DNA from: an uncultured Gammaproteobacteria bacterium | GTDB lineage: Bacteria; Patescibacteriota; Patescibacteriia; UBA9934 | DNA: 64,000 nt | Reading direction: 5' to 3' | Assembly: GCA_964552565.1 (NCBI GenBank) | Contig: CAZKGL010000001.1 | Location: 371,061 to 435,060, forward strand | In this document: piece after piece, positions 24,122 to 33,201 of the stretch | How the letters are laid out: every line of letters begins with the position of its first letter | Position numbering within the stretch: the stretch's first letter is position 1 | Notes under the pieces: model-generated | The model's database searches: none | What the model saw: the letters and a program-made list of their open reading frames with translations, nothing else | Told to the model about the DNA's origin: nothing | Position numbers and translations under genes: made by a program

Positions 24122-25319
24122 CGGGGAGGGGGTTTTCGTCGAGGACAGCGACTCGGGTGTCCGGATGCGCCGCCGCCCACGCGAACCAATAATACTCCGG
24201 TGCGTTCATTCGGACGAGCGACGCGCCGCGCAGCTCGCCCGCGGTGGCGATGCCGGTCGCCGACCACGTCGAGCCGGTCGCGTCGTCGACGTACACCTCG
24301 CGCTCGGCATCCCAACTGAAGCTCAATGCGCCGCCGTTCATATCGGTGCTGAAGACGTGCACGACATCGAGGTCGTGGTCGTAGAGCGCGACAAGGTGCA
24401 TACCGCCGAGCGTGGCGTTATACAGCCGCGGGCCCGGATCTTCGTCGGAACCCTCCGCCGGCTCCTTGTACAGCGCAAGCTTCGGGATGGCGAGTTCTTC
24501 GCCGTTGATGCTGAGGCCGTACACCGCCCATTTCGAACCCGGAATGCGCTCGTCGGTCGACGAGACCGGGAAGTACACGTTCATCGTCGTCGTGTACTGG
24601 CCGTACGGATGGCGCGTGTAGTCGCGGTCGAATCCGGTCGCGTCCGACAGCACTTCCCCACTGGGATAGAGCTCCTTCCAATCCATCCAACGGATGCTTT
24701 GGGACGGATACTGCGTCAGTTCTTCGCCAACCGTTTGCGGCATGTCGCCGCCGTTTTTCGCTACCACGAGCACGCCCTCCATCTGCCACCACAAGTCGCC
24801 CCGGCCGTCGGCAAGCAGCATGCCGTTGTTATAGACCTTGCCCGACACGTCAAAGCGGAGCATTTCACCCGACTCCTTCTGAACCTGGTACACCACCGCC
24901 GCGCCCGTAAGCGGATCGAATGTGATCGCGAGCCCCGCTTCGGTGTCGTTCACGACACGGTGCCAGTTCAGGATCTGCTGCGAGTAGAAACGGTGCACGC
25001 CGTCCACCTCGACGTCGATGCCGTAGACCTCGTCCGCGAGGACGCCGTCCATTGCGGCGATGGTGGTGAACGAGGGGTCGGTCAATGCCGGGACGTCTTC
25101 CGACGTCAGCCCGCTTTCATACATCTCCTCGGGGGGGATGAGGTACGTTTTTCCGTCCTCGACGAGTGCTTCGGCGAGGAGCGCGTCGTTCATGGCGCGT
25201 TCTTCGGGTGCGGTGTCGACAAGACGCTTCGCGCGAATGGCGACGAGCAGCCCGACCACGACGACTGCCGTGCCGAGCGCGATGGCGATGAGGCGTTTTT
25301 TATCCATAGTCGAATACAT
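24108..25319 (-). CDS. Secreted DUF3179-like repeat protein
   Basis: 403 aa with an N-terminal signal anchor and two internal repeats. The family is recalled from memory. Confidence 0.5.
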   Translation of the reverse strand: MYSTMDKKRLIAIALGTAVVVVGLLVAIRAKRLVDTAPEERAMNDALLAEALVEDGKTYLIPPEEMYESGLTSEDVPALTDPSFTTIAAMDGVLADEVYGIDVEVDGVHRFYSQQILNWHRVVNDTEAGLAITFDPLTGAAVVYQVQKESGEMLRFDVSGKVYNNGMLLADGRGDLWWQMEGVLVVAKNGGDMPQTVGEELTQYPSQSIRWMDWKELYPSGEVLSDATGFDRDYTRHPYGQYTTTMNVYFPVSSTDERIPGSKWAVYGLSINGEELAIPKLALYKEPAEGSDEDPGPRLYNATLGGMHLVALYDHDLDVVHVFSTDMNGGALSFSWDAEREVYVDDATGSTWSATGIATAGELRGASLVRMNAPEYYWFAWAAAHPDTRVAVLDENPLPDEDD

Positions 25320-25402
25320 ACAACCGCGTTTTTAGGGGCATTGTCAATGCACCCGGTACGGATTATGGTACCATGCATCGGCACGATTCTTAAACGCTTC
25401 CT

Positions 25403-25924
25403 ATGATCCGAGTCGGCAAACCCGCGCCAGTCTTCACGGACACCGTCGCCTACCAGAAGGGTGAATTCACGACGGTGGGCCTTGAACAGTACCGTGGCAA
25501 GTGGGTCGTCCTTTTCTTCTATCCCCGTGACTTTACGTTCATCTGCCCGACGGAGATCCGCAGCTTCGGCAAGCTCGAGGGCGAATTCGCGAAGCTCGGC
25601 GCCGTCATCCTCGGCGCGTCCACCGACAGCGAGTGGAGCCACAAGGCGTGGTTTACGCGCGACCTTCCCGAGGTACAGTACCCGGTCATTGCCGACACGA
25701 CGCAGCAGATCAGCCGCGACTACGACGTCCTCGACGACGACGGTTCGTCACAGCGCGGCCTGTTCCTCATCGACCCGGACGGTATCGTGAAGTATGCGCT
25801 CGTTTCGGCGGGCAGCGTCGGCCGCTCCACAAGAGAGACGCTCCGCGTGCTCCAGGCGCTCCAGTCGGGCGACCTCTGCCCGGTGGAGTGGGAACCTGGC
25901 GAGCAGACACTTGGAAAAGCATAG
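25403..25924 (+). CDS. Peroxiredoxin (AhpC/TSA family)
   Basis: Active-site motif FTFICPTE. Confidence 0.85.
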   Translation: MIRVGKPAPVFTDTVAYQKGEFTTVGLEQYRGKWVVLFFYPRDFTFICPTEIRSFGKLEGEFAKLGAVILGASTDSEWSHKAWFTRDLPEVQYPVIADTTQQISRDYDVLDDDGSSQRGLFLIDPDGIVKYALVSAGSVGRSTRETLRVLQALQSGDLCPVEWEPGEQTLGKA

Positions 25925-26086
25925 ACGAAAAGCACAAACGAGCCCGCGGGCTCGTTTGTGTTTTGTCGCGTGTTGTCAGGATGCGCTTGCCGCGGCTTCA
26001 CAATTCCGACGATCGTGAAGTTGTGAAGCCGGATTCCCCCCCTCCACCAAAAGAGCAATGCGGAACTTTTCATCGCAATGCACTGT

Positions 26087-27493
26087 CTATCGGAACGTTG
26101 ACAGCCACTGCACCAGCGTCCGGACGCCGAAGCCCGTGCCGCCCTTGCCGATGTAGCTCGCCATCGGGCGCTCGGCGAACGCGGGACCCGCAATGTCGAG
26201 ATGCGCCCACGGCACGTCGTCAACGAATTCCTTGAGGAAGAGCCCTGCGGTCAGCGTGCCGCCGTAACGTGAGGTTGCGATGTTTCTGAGGTCGGCGACG
26301 TCGCTTTCGATAAGGCTGCGGTAGCGCGCCGGCAGCGGCAACTCCCAGATCTTTTCACCGGTCGCGTCCGCGGCATCCTCAAGTGCGTCCTCGAGGTCGT
26401 CATCATTGCTCATGAGCCCCGCGATCTCCTCACCGAGCGCCACCGCGCATGCACCGGTCAGCGTCGCGAGGTCGACGATGGCGTCCGGCTCGAGCTGCAC
26501 CGCATACGTCAGCGCATCAGCCAGCGTCAGACGACCTTCCGCGTCGGTGTTCAAAATCTCGATCGTCTTCCCGTTGCTCGCGCGGACAACGTCGCCGGGA
26601 CGCATCGCCTTGCCCGACGGCATGTTTTCGCACGCGGCGATGATGCCGTGCACGGTGACGTTCGGAGCGATTGCGGGCAGGACGCGGAACAGGCCGAGCA
26701 CGGCCGCCGCGCCCGCCATGTCGAGTTTCATCGTCATCATTGCGTCCGCGGGCTTGAGCGAAAGGCCGCCGGAGTCAAACGTGATGCCCTTGCCGACGAC
26801 TGCGACCGTCCGCTTGCTCTTCTTTGCCGGCGTGTACGTCAGGTGGATGAACTGCGGCGGAAACTCCGATCCTTTCGCAACGGCGAGGTAGGCGCCCATG
26901 CCCCGCTGCTCGCACTCCTTGCGGTCGAGCACCTTCGCCGTAATGCGGCCCTTCGACTTCCGGGCAATGGCGCGTGCGGTGCTTGCGAGCTCGGCCGGAT
27001 GGACGTGCTCGGCCGGGGCGTTGACGAGGTCGCGGGTCAGCGTGACGCCGTCGTTCACGGCGATGACGCGGTCGACAGCCTTCCGGACCGACGCGCGCGT
27101 CCGCTCGTCCGCGACGATGACCGTGACGCTGTCCGGCAGTTTCTTTGCGTCCGTCGCCGCCTTGAACGTCGTGTACGCATACCCAAACAGGAGCGCGGAC
27201 TCGGCGACCGCGGCGCCGACCTCGGCGACGGTATGCCCGGGCACGTCCGGAAGCGCCATCGCCACGCGTTGCGCCTTGAGCCGGCGCGCCTCTTGGAGCG
27301 CAGCGCCAACGGCCTCGCGGACGGTCTCCCGGGTCAGGTCCTTTTGCTCGCCAAGCCCCATTGTCAGCATGAACCGTGCCGCGCTGCCGACCGGCGCGGC
27401 TTCAAGCGCCGTTTCGGTATTTCCCGCCGCAAAGCGGACCAAGAGGTCCTCCGAACGCATGTCCCACTTCCCTTTTTCTATTGTGATTCGCAT
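26087..27493 (-). CDS. pepA: Leucyl aminopeptidase (M17)
   Basis: 468 aa with the NTDAEGRL metal-binding signature. Confidence 0.85.
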   Translation of the reverse strand: MRITIEKGKWDMRSEDLLVRFAAGNTETALEAAPVGSAARFMLTMGLGEQKDLTRETVREAVGAALQEARRLKAQRVAMALPDVPGHTVAEVGAAVAESALLFGYAYTTFKAATDAKKLPDSVTVIVADERTRASVRKAVDRVIAVNDGVTLTRDLVNAPAEHVHPAELASTARAIARKSKGRITAKVLDRKECEQRGMGAYLAVAKGSEFPPQFIHLTYTPAKKSKRTVAVVGKGITFDSGGLSLKPADAMMTMKLDMAGAAAVLGLFRVLPAIAPNVTVHGIIAACENMPSGKAMRPGDVVRASNGKTIEILNTDAEGRLTLADALTYAVQLEPDAIVDLATLTGACAVALGEEIAGLMSNDDDLEDALEDAADATGEKIWELPLPARYRSLIESDVADLRNIATSRYGGTLTAGLFLKEFVDDVPWAHLDIAGPAFAERPMASYIGKGGTGFGVRTLVQWLSTFR

Positions 27494-27553
27494 AGGATTG
27501 GTTGACGGAACAACGAAAGGAACGTATCATAGCCGTACGTTTTTACAACTGCT

Positions 27554-27676
27554 ATGCCATCACGTCAGCACCTCCCGCGCAAATCCCAGCGAAACCGCTG
27601 GAAGGAAGCGCGCAAAGAAGCCGAGGCGCGCCGCCGCAAGAACAAGGCGAAGCGCATGAAGAAACTCGGCAAGTAG
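27554..27676 (+). CDS. Small highly basic protein (40 aa)
   Basis: Hand-translated MPSRQHLPRKSQRNRWKEARKEAEARRRKNKAKRMKKLGK. Not in the track. Divergent from pepA. Confidence 0.3.
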   Translation: MPSRQHLPRKSQRNRWKEARKEAEARRRKNKAKRMKKLGK

Positions 27677-27706
27677 CGCACACGGCATCACGGGCTTCGG
27701 CCCGTT

Positions 27707-28813
27707 TTGTCTTTGGCGTATCATGTCTTCCATATGCAGCTCAATGAACATCGCTTGCTCATCATCGCCTCCTGTTTCGGCATCGCCGCGCTTGCGCTCG
27801 TGCTCGGGGCACTGTTTGTCGGCCGGCTCGCGCCTGACGACGCCGCCGATACGACGGACGTGGCGATCGTCGACACCGACGACGCGGCCGCGCCCGAGCC
27901 CGAGACACACGTCTACGTCACGACGATGACGCATATGGAAGGGAGCTTCCAGGACGACACGGACGAAGCGCTGTTCCTGCGCCACGTCGCGCAGATGCGC
28001 TGGGCCATGGATCTCTTTGACGAGTACGGCATGAAACTGACGTTCGAAAGCGAACAGTCGTTCGCGAAGGCGAACACGACCTGGGGACTGAACATGCTCA
28101 AAGAGGTCGTGGAGCGCGGGCACGGCGTCGGAACGCATGCGGACTTCGGTGCGGAGTCCGTGGCGAAGAGCACGGCGTTTTATGTCCGCGCGTTCGAGGA
28201 GAACAAAGCGCTCGTCGACGCGCTCGCTGGAGCGGAACACAACCGCGGTATCTCGGGCGGCATCGGCGCGTACGATTGGGCGACGGCGATGTCGCGCGCG
28301 GGCTTCTCCTACGTTGACGGCGTCGTCGGGTTTGCATACCTCGCCATGCCGGAGAGCGAACGACCTGACGGCTGGACGGACGAGTATATCCGCTCGACCG
28401 CGTTCCACACGCCGGTGCCGCTCGACTTCTCGTTGCGCGCCCGCTTTTACGAACTGACGAATGCGGACGACTTTACGCCGGACGGGGAGGGCATCACGAT
28501 CTCGGGCGGCGAGACAGCGGAATTCTCGAAGCTGGCCGAAGACGGCGACTGCCGTTCCTGCCCGGTGACGACCGAGGACGCCGACGCGTTCTTCGCATGG
28601 GTTCGTGAAGCCGAGGCGGTCCGGACCGAGTACGACGAGCCGACAAAGGTCAATGTCCATATTCCGCTCGTGCTCTTTACGGAGAGCAACGAAGCGGTCC
28701 TACGGTACTTCCTTGCTGGTCTGGAGGAGCTTGTGGCAGAGGTCCCGTCCATCCGCCTCGCAACACAAGGAGAGGCGTACGACGGCTACCTCGAGTGGCG
28801 CAGCGCGCGTTGA
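27707..28813 (+). CDS. Hypothetical secreted or membrane-anchored protein
   Basis: 368 aa with an N-terminal TM segment and an acidic linker. No confident family. Confidence 0.5.
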   Translation: MSLAYHVFHMQLNEHRLLIIASCFGIAALALVLGALFVGRLAPDDAADTTDVAIVDTDDAAAPEPETHVYVTTMTHMEGSFQDDTDEALFLRHVAQMRWAMDLFDEYGMKLTFESEQSFAKANTTWGLNMLKEVVERGHGVGTHADFGAESVAKSTAFYVRAFEENKALVDALAGAEHNRGISGGIGAYDWATAMSRAGFSYVDGVVGFAYLAMPESERPDGWTDEYIRSTAFHTPVPLDFSLRARFYELTNADDFTPDGEGITISGGETAEFSKLAEDGDCRSCPVTTEDADAFFAWVREAEAVRTEYDEPTKVNVHIPLVLFTESNEAVLRYFLAGLEELVAEVPSIRLATQGEAYDGYLEWRSAR

Positions 28814-28860
28814 GCTTGCAGGTTCACGGCGGATCGTTAGGATGGAAGAAGTAACTCTTA

Positions 28861-29142
28861 ATGATCGCCCGTATGTTGTCGCAAATCTTTGGCTACTTGC
28901 TGATCGGTCTTCTGGCCGGTTGGCTCGCGAGCCTCATCGTCCGCGGCCGTGGCCTTGGGCTCGGCGGCGACATCGTCGTCGGTATCGTCGGTGCGCTCAT
29001 CGGCGGTCTCGTCTTCGATGCACTGAACATTACGACGTTCGGCACGTTCGGCAGCCTGGTGACGGCGGTGGTGGGCGCCATCCTGCTCCTCCTCATCGTC
29101 AACGCACTCCAAGGCGAGACACGGCGCGGGGTCGACATCTAA
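28861..29142 (+). CDS. GlsB/YeaQ/YmgE-family small membrane protein
   Basis: 93 aa with a Gly-rich repeated TM pattern. Confidence 0.7.
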   Translation: MIARMLSQIFGYLLIGLLAGWLASLIVRGRGLGLGGDIVVGIVGALIGGLVFDALNITTFGTFGSLVTAVVGAILLLLIVNALQGETRRGVDI

Positions 29143-29147
29143 GCCAA

Positions 29148-29178
29148 GAACAAGACGCCCGTGAGGGGCGTCTTGTTC
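29148..29178. terminator. Bidirectional terminator hairpin (gaacaagacgcccgtgaggggcgtcttgttc)
   Basis: Perfect 12-bp stem between convergent genes. Confidence 0.7.
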
Positions 29179-29313
29179 GAACCGTTATTTGTTTTCCTGG
29201 GAACCGGTCTTCTTTTCGTCGTCCTTCTGCTCCTGGCCCTGGTTCTGGCCGGTCTGGCCGGCAGGCATGTTCTTGTTGTCCATAGAATGGATGATTAGAT
29301 ACACACGATGCGG

Positions 29314-29508
29314 TTAAGCGTTCTTGCTTGCGTTTTGGCTGCGCGCACGGCCGCCCTTGCGGCCTGCCTCACGCGCCTCCTCCGGACTGAACTCATGCGC
29401 ACGGCCGCTTGCGTGGGCCGCACGTCCCCCGCGGCTGGCGATCTCGCGCTGGCGTTCTGGGTCCATGCTCGCGAAACCGCGACCACCGCGCTCTTCAACG
29501 TACATCAT
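29314..29508 (-). CDS. KGG-repeat general stress protein
   Basis: RGGRAAHASG...RKGGRA repeats. The start was taken at MMYVEE inside a longer track ORF. Confidence 0.5.
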   Translation of the reverse strand: MMYVEERGGRGFASMDPERQREIASRGGRAAHASGRAHEFSPEEAREAGRKGGRARSQNASKNA

Positions 29509-29876
29509 ATCGCGCAATGCTACGGAATTAGCGCTGTGCGGAGCCGTATCCACGGTTGTGTCGTGGGGCTGCAACGCACAGGGCGGCCGTCGCCAACACC
29601 GGTTGAGCTCCGTCCAGAAAAACAAAACGACGGCCATCCCCTACGTTCAAGCCGCTCGCAACAAGCGACATTCCTGACTCATCACGCAAGCGTGTATCGT
29701 CACTCCTGTCGATTGAATTGTTGAGGTACGCCGGGCACATCCCGGTATGTCGACCATAAGCCCATCCCAGAGGCATGTCAAGGAAAAATGGGTATTTTTC
29801 CTAAGAAAAGCCCAGTTTTATTGTTGAGATATGAGGATCCCGGGGTAGGCCGAAGCCGTACCCCGGGACGCGCCTC

Positions 29877-31445
29877 CTAGTCGCAGGTCGTGGGTTCGCT
29901 GTACGCGATGGCGATGGTGTCGCCGTCCGTCGGCACGTACGGCTCCTGGAACACGACCGCGTTCGCGCTGCCGTCGTACGCCCAGGTGCCCGTCTCCTCG
30001 GCGCCATTGCGCGTCACCCGGATCGTGAACGGGTCGGCAGGGTCCGAGAGGTCGAACTGCTCCTTGCGGACGCTTGCCGAGGCGAGCGCCTCCACGTTCT
30101 CGCCCCAGTCGGAGCAAATTGAGAGGAAGAGCCCGCCGGTCGCGAGCGCCGCCTCACGGTAGCCCGTGCCCGGCGCCGCAACGTTGTCCGAAGTCGAGCA
30201 GCCGCCCGGCACGTCGCCGACGATCGCCGACATCTTGAGGAGCAGCTCGTCGCCCTTCACCGCGGAGAGCCCGTTGACGTAGTGGTCCCAGGCGTACTCG
30301 CTGTGCTCGGGCTCGTCGCTCACCATGATGACGTGGAGCTGCGCATCGGGCCGGACGAACCCCTCGTTGCACGCGCCCGGCGCCGACTGCGCCACCGCGT
30401 TCGTCGCGAGCGTCAGCCCGGCTTCGGTGTACGTCCCGCCCCCGCCTTCGGTCGCTGCCTCGCGGAAGCGCTCGACGTAATCGGGCACGTCCGGGGTCAG
30501 CACGCCGCTCGCGCTGCAGCCCCCGTCCTCCTTCACCACCATGATCTGCCAGTCCGGCATGTACGGCGAGAGGAGGTCGATGAACGTACTGATGTTGTCG
30601 GCGAGCGCCGCCTGATCGTCGTCCATGGAGACCGACTCGTCGATCGTGAACAGCATGTCGACCTTCGGGATCGCGGCGAGCACCCACGTCTGCTCATACC
30701 GCTGGGGCACGTGCCCGTCGCCCTTCTGGACCGCCTCGCGCGTGCCGACCGCTTCGTTGCTGTCGACCGCGAGGATGCCGATCTCGTCGTCCTCGTCGTC
30801 CGGCGCGAACCGGATGCCCACCGTCTCCGCCTCGCCCGGATCGAGCGTGAACGGCAGCCGCGGCAGGTCGGTGATCGTGAACGTCCCCTCGGACTCGCGG
30901 ATCGCGGTGACTTCGAGCTCGGCGTTGCCGACGTTCGTCAGCACCACCTCGTTGTCGCGTGCGCACGAAACGTTCACCGTGCCGTAGTCGAGTGGGTCGG
31001 GCGTGATCTGCAGTTCGGGCATGATGCCCTCGCCGACGAGATCCACGTACACGACCTCGTTGCCGTCGTCGTCCGAGTACACCGCCGCCGTCGTTGCGAA
31101 GCGGCCGGGGTGCTCCGGCGCGAACGTCGCCACGACTTCCCGCTCCTTGCCCTCGGGCAGCAGGAACGAAAGGTCGCCGTCGGCGGTCATGAGGGCGTAC
31201 GCGCCGTCCGCCTCGAGGCGGATGCCCGACACCCGAAGGATCGAGTTGTCCGTGCCCACGCTCTGCACGGTGAACGGCAGCGCGCGCGTCTCGTTCGGGC
31301 CAAGCGCGCCGAAGTCGAGCCGGCCCGGCGTGACCTTGATCGCCGGGTCGCCGTTCGCGCCGTTCAGGTCCGTGTGTTTCGCGAGCCCATTGTCCATGCA
31401 CCCCGCCAGCATGATGGCGAGCGCAGTCCCCCCGATGCGATTCAT
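29877..31445 (-). CDS. Lipoprotein with repeated beta-sandwich (ASH/choice-of-anchor-like) domains and a C-terminal vWA domain
   Basis: Lipobox LAGC and a DxSxS MIDAS motif (DESVSMD). Paralogous to the 33202-34761 gene. Confidence 0.65.
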   Translation of the reverse strand: MNRIGGTALAIMLAGCMDNGLAKHTDLNGANGDPAIKVTPGRLDFGALGPNETRALPFTVQSVGTDNSILRVSGIRLEADGAYALMTADGDLSFLLPEGKEREVVATFAPEHPGRFATTAAVYSDDDGNEVVYVDLVGEGIMPELQITPDPLDYGTVNVSCARDNEVVLTNVGNAELEVTAIRESEGTFTITDLPRLPFTLDPGEAETVGIRFAPDDEDDEIGILAVDSNEAVGTREAVQKGDGHVPQRYEQTWVLAAIPKVDMLFTIDESVSMDDDQAALADNISTFIDLLSPYMPDWQIMVVKEDGGCSASGVLTPDVPDYVERFREAATEGGGGTYTEAGLTLATNAVAQSAPGACNEGFVRPDAQLHVIMVSDEPEHSEYAWDHYVNGLSAVKGDELLLKMSAIVGDVPGGCSTSDNVAAPGTGYREAALATGGLFLSICSDWGENVEALASASVRKEQFDLSDPADPFTIRVTRNGAEETGTWAYDGSANAVVFQEPYVPTDGDTIAIAYSEPTTCD

Positions 31446-31702
31446 GTTCCCCCCTGTGTTCGTGAAAGGCTCCGCCCTTCACTGCCCCGGACGCCAAGCG
31501 ACGCCCAGGGTCGTAAAGGCCGGCCAACACGCCAGATGAGCATGGCCGGATGGGCTTGTCAAAACCCGCCGTTTTCACAGCTTGGAATAGCCATTACTCG
31601 ACATTTTTCCAGGAATAGCGTATGGTTGCGCCAGCAAATACGAGCTGAGTAGAAGGATCTTCTGCAACGCCACGCTTGCAGCTTATTCATCACTCATGCG
31701 CT

Positions 31703-31900
31703 ATGCAGGGTACTATCAAGCGCCTCACGGACCGTGGCTTCGGCTTCATCGCTCCGGAAGACGGCAGTGCGGACCTCTTCTTCCACTCGACGGAACTCGT
31801 CGGTGTGGCATTCGACGATCTGCGCGAAGGTGACAAGGTGACGTTCGAGGTCATGCAGTCGGACAAGGGTCCGAAGGCGACCGGCGTCTCCCGCGCCTAA
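31703..31900 (+). CDS. Cold-shock protein (CspA family)
   Basis: [16 protein letters not shown] (RNP1) and FFH (RNP2), preceded by a long 5' UTR. Confidence 0.9.
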   Translation: MQGTIKRLTDRGFGFIAPEDGSADLFFHSTELVGVAFDDLREGDKVTFEVMQSDKGPKATGVSRA

Positions 31901-31901
31901 C

Positions 31902-31935
31902 AAAAATCGGCTGCCTCTCGGCAGCCGATTTTTGT
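31902..31935. terminator. Bidirectional terminator (aaaaatcggctgcctctcggcagccgattttt)
   Basis: Perfect hairpin with flanking A/T tracts, after csp. Confidence 0.85.
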
Positions 31936-31936
31936 A

Positions 31937-32539
31937 TTAGCGCACGGTCACCCACCGGGCGCCGGACGCGCCCGTATTCCCGTCCCAGTCGGTGCACGAT
32001 GCGGCGACGCGGTACTTCCCCTTCTCCGTAAAACGATACGTGGTCACGAACTCTTTCCCGTCCTGCGTCATGGCGGCAGCCGCCTCGCCGTCGACGACCA
32101 GCGTGCAGGCGACCGCGTCCGACTCGCCGGACGTCACCACGCCGAACGTCGTTTTCTTCCCGACCCTCGCACTCGTCGTCGCGATGCGCGACACCTTCGG
32201 CCCTGTAGTATCGATCTCAAACGTCACCGAGGCCGGCGTACTGATGCCCTTGCGGAGCCCGCGCGCCCGGACTTCGAACGTGTACCAGCCGTCATCGAGC
32301 TTCCACAACGTCTTTGACGTGAAGTTCCCGATGCCGACGTAGTCGGAACCGTTCAAGCGGTATTCATACCATGTGGCGTCGTCGACCGGCGTCCAGGTGA
32401 TCGTCGGGGTCGTGTCGTTGGTGAACCGGCCGGACGCGATGGCGAGGTCATGCGGCGTCGCAAGCAGGTTGATAGCCGCGGACGCGGACGCTGGCCAAGC
32501 GGACGCGAGCGCAAGGGCAAGGGCAAAAAAGCGGAGCAT
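31937..32539 (-). CDS. Secreted Ig-like/FN3-like domain protein
   Basis: Signal peptide followed by a beta-rich 200-aa body. Confidence 0.5.
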   Translation of the reverse strand: MLRFFALALALASAWPASASAAINLLATPHDLAIASGRFTNDTTPTITWTPVDDATWYEYRLNGSDYVGIGNFTSKTLWKLDDGWYTFEVRARGLRKGISTPASVTFEIDTTGPKVSRIATTSARVGKKTTFGVVTSGESDAVACTLVVDGEAAAAMTQDGKEFVTTYRFTEKGKYRVAASCTDWDGNTGASGARWVTVR

Positions 32540-32656
32540 ATGCTTCCATGTATCCCGACCTTCGACCCGGCGTCAATGCCTCGGTATAATCAAGTCTAAG
32601 GTCGAAGGTCCAAAGTCAAAAGCTTTCGACTTTTCACTTTCGACTTTTTATCTTCT

Positions 32657-33160
32657 ATGCGCGTCCCCATCCGACGGTCGGAAATTCTCGCACAAACAAA
32701 AAAACAAGACGACCACTACGTCACGCGCAAGGCGATCGCGCGCATGAACGAGGAACGCTTGCGGCTTCTGAGCGAACGCCCCGCGCTCATTGAAGAAGTA
32801 CAACGGACCGCCGAGGAGGGCGACTTTTCCGAGAATGCCGGGTACCAGGCCGCAAAGGCGGCGTTGCGACGGTTGAACGGGCGCATCACGTGGCTGGAGG
32901 AACGGCTGAAGCACGCGATCCCCATTGAAGAAGACGCGGGCGACGGGACGGTGCGCATCGGGTCGACGGTACGGCTTGTGACCGCAGAAAGAACAATGAC
33001 CGTGCAGATCCTCGGCGCGCAAGAGGCGAACCCGTCGCGCGGCAGCATTTCCCACCTCTCGCCGCTCGGCGCCGCACTGCTCGGGCACGTCGCGGGCGAC
33101 ACGGTCACCGTGAAGACGCCAGAGCGGGAAATGACGTACGCGATTGCTGCTATCGAATAA
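32657..33160 (+). CDS. GreA/GreB-family elongation factor, second paralog
   Basis: GDFSENAGYQAAKAA acidic tip plus a C-terminal domain resembling GreA (1888-2352). Confidence 0.7.
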   Translation: MRVPIRRSEILAQTKKQDDHYVTRKAIARMNEERLRLLSERPALIEEVQRTAEEGDFSENAGYQAAKAALRRLNGRITWLEERLKHAIPIEEDAGDGTVRIGSTVRLVTAERTMTVQILGAQEANPSRGSISHLSPLGAALLGHVAGDTVTVKTPEREMTYAIAAIE

Positions 33161-33201
33161 GAAGCTGCCCGTGGCCTGCGTACAGGCCACGGGCACGTCG
33201 T

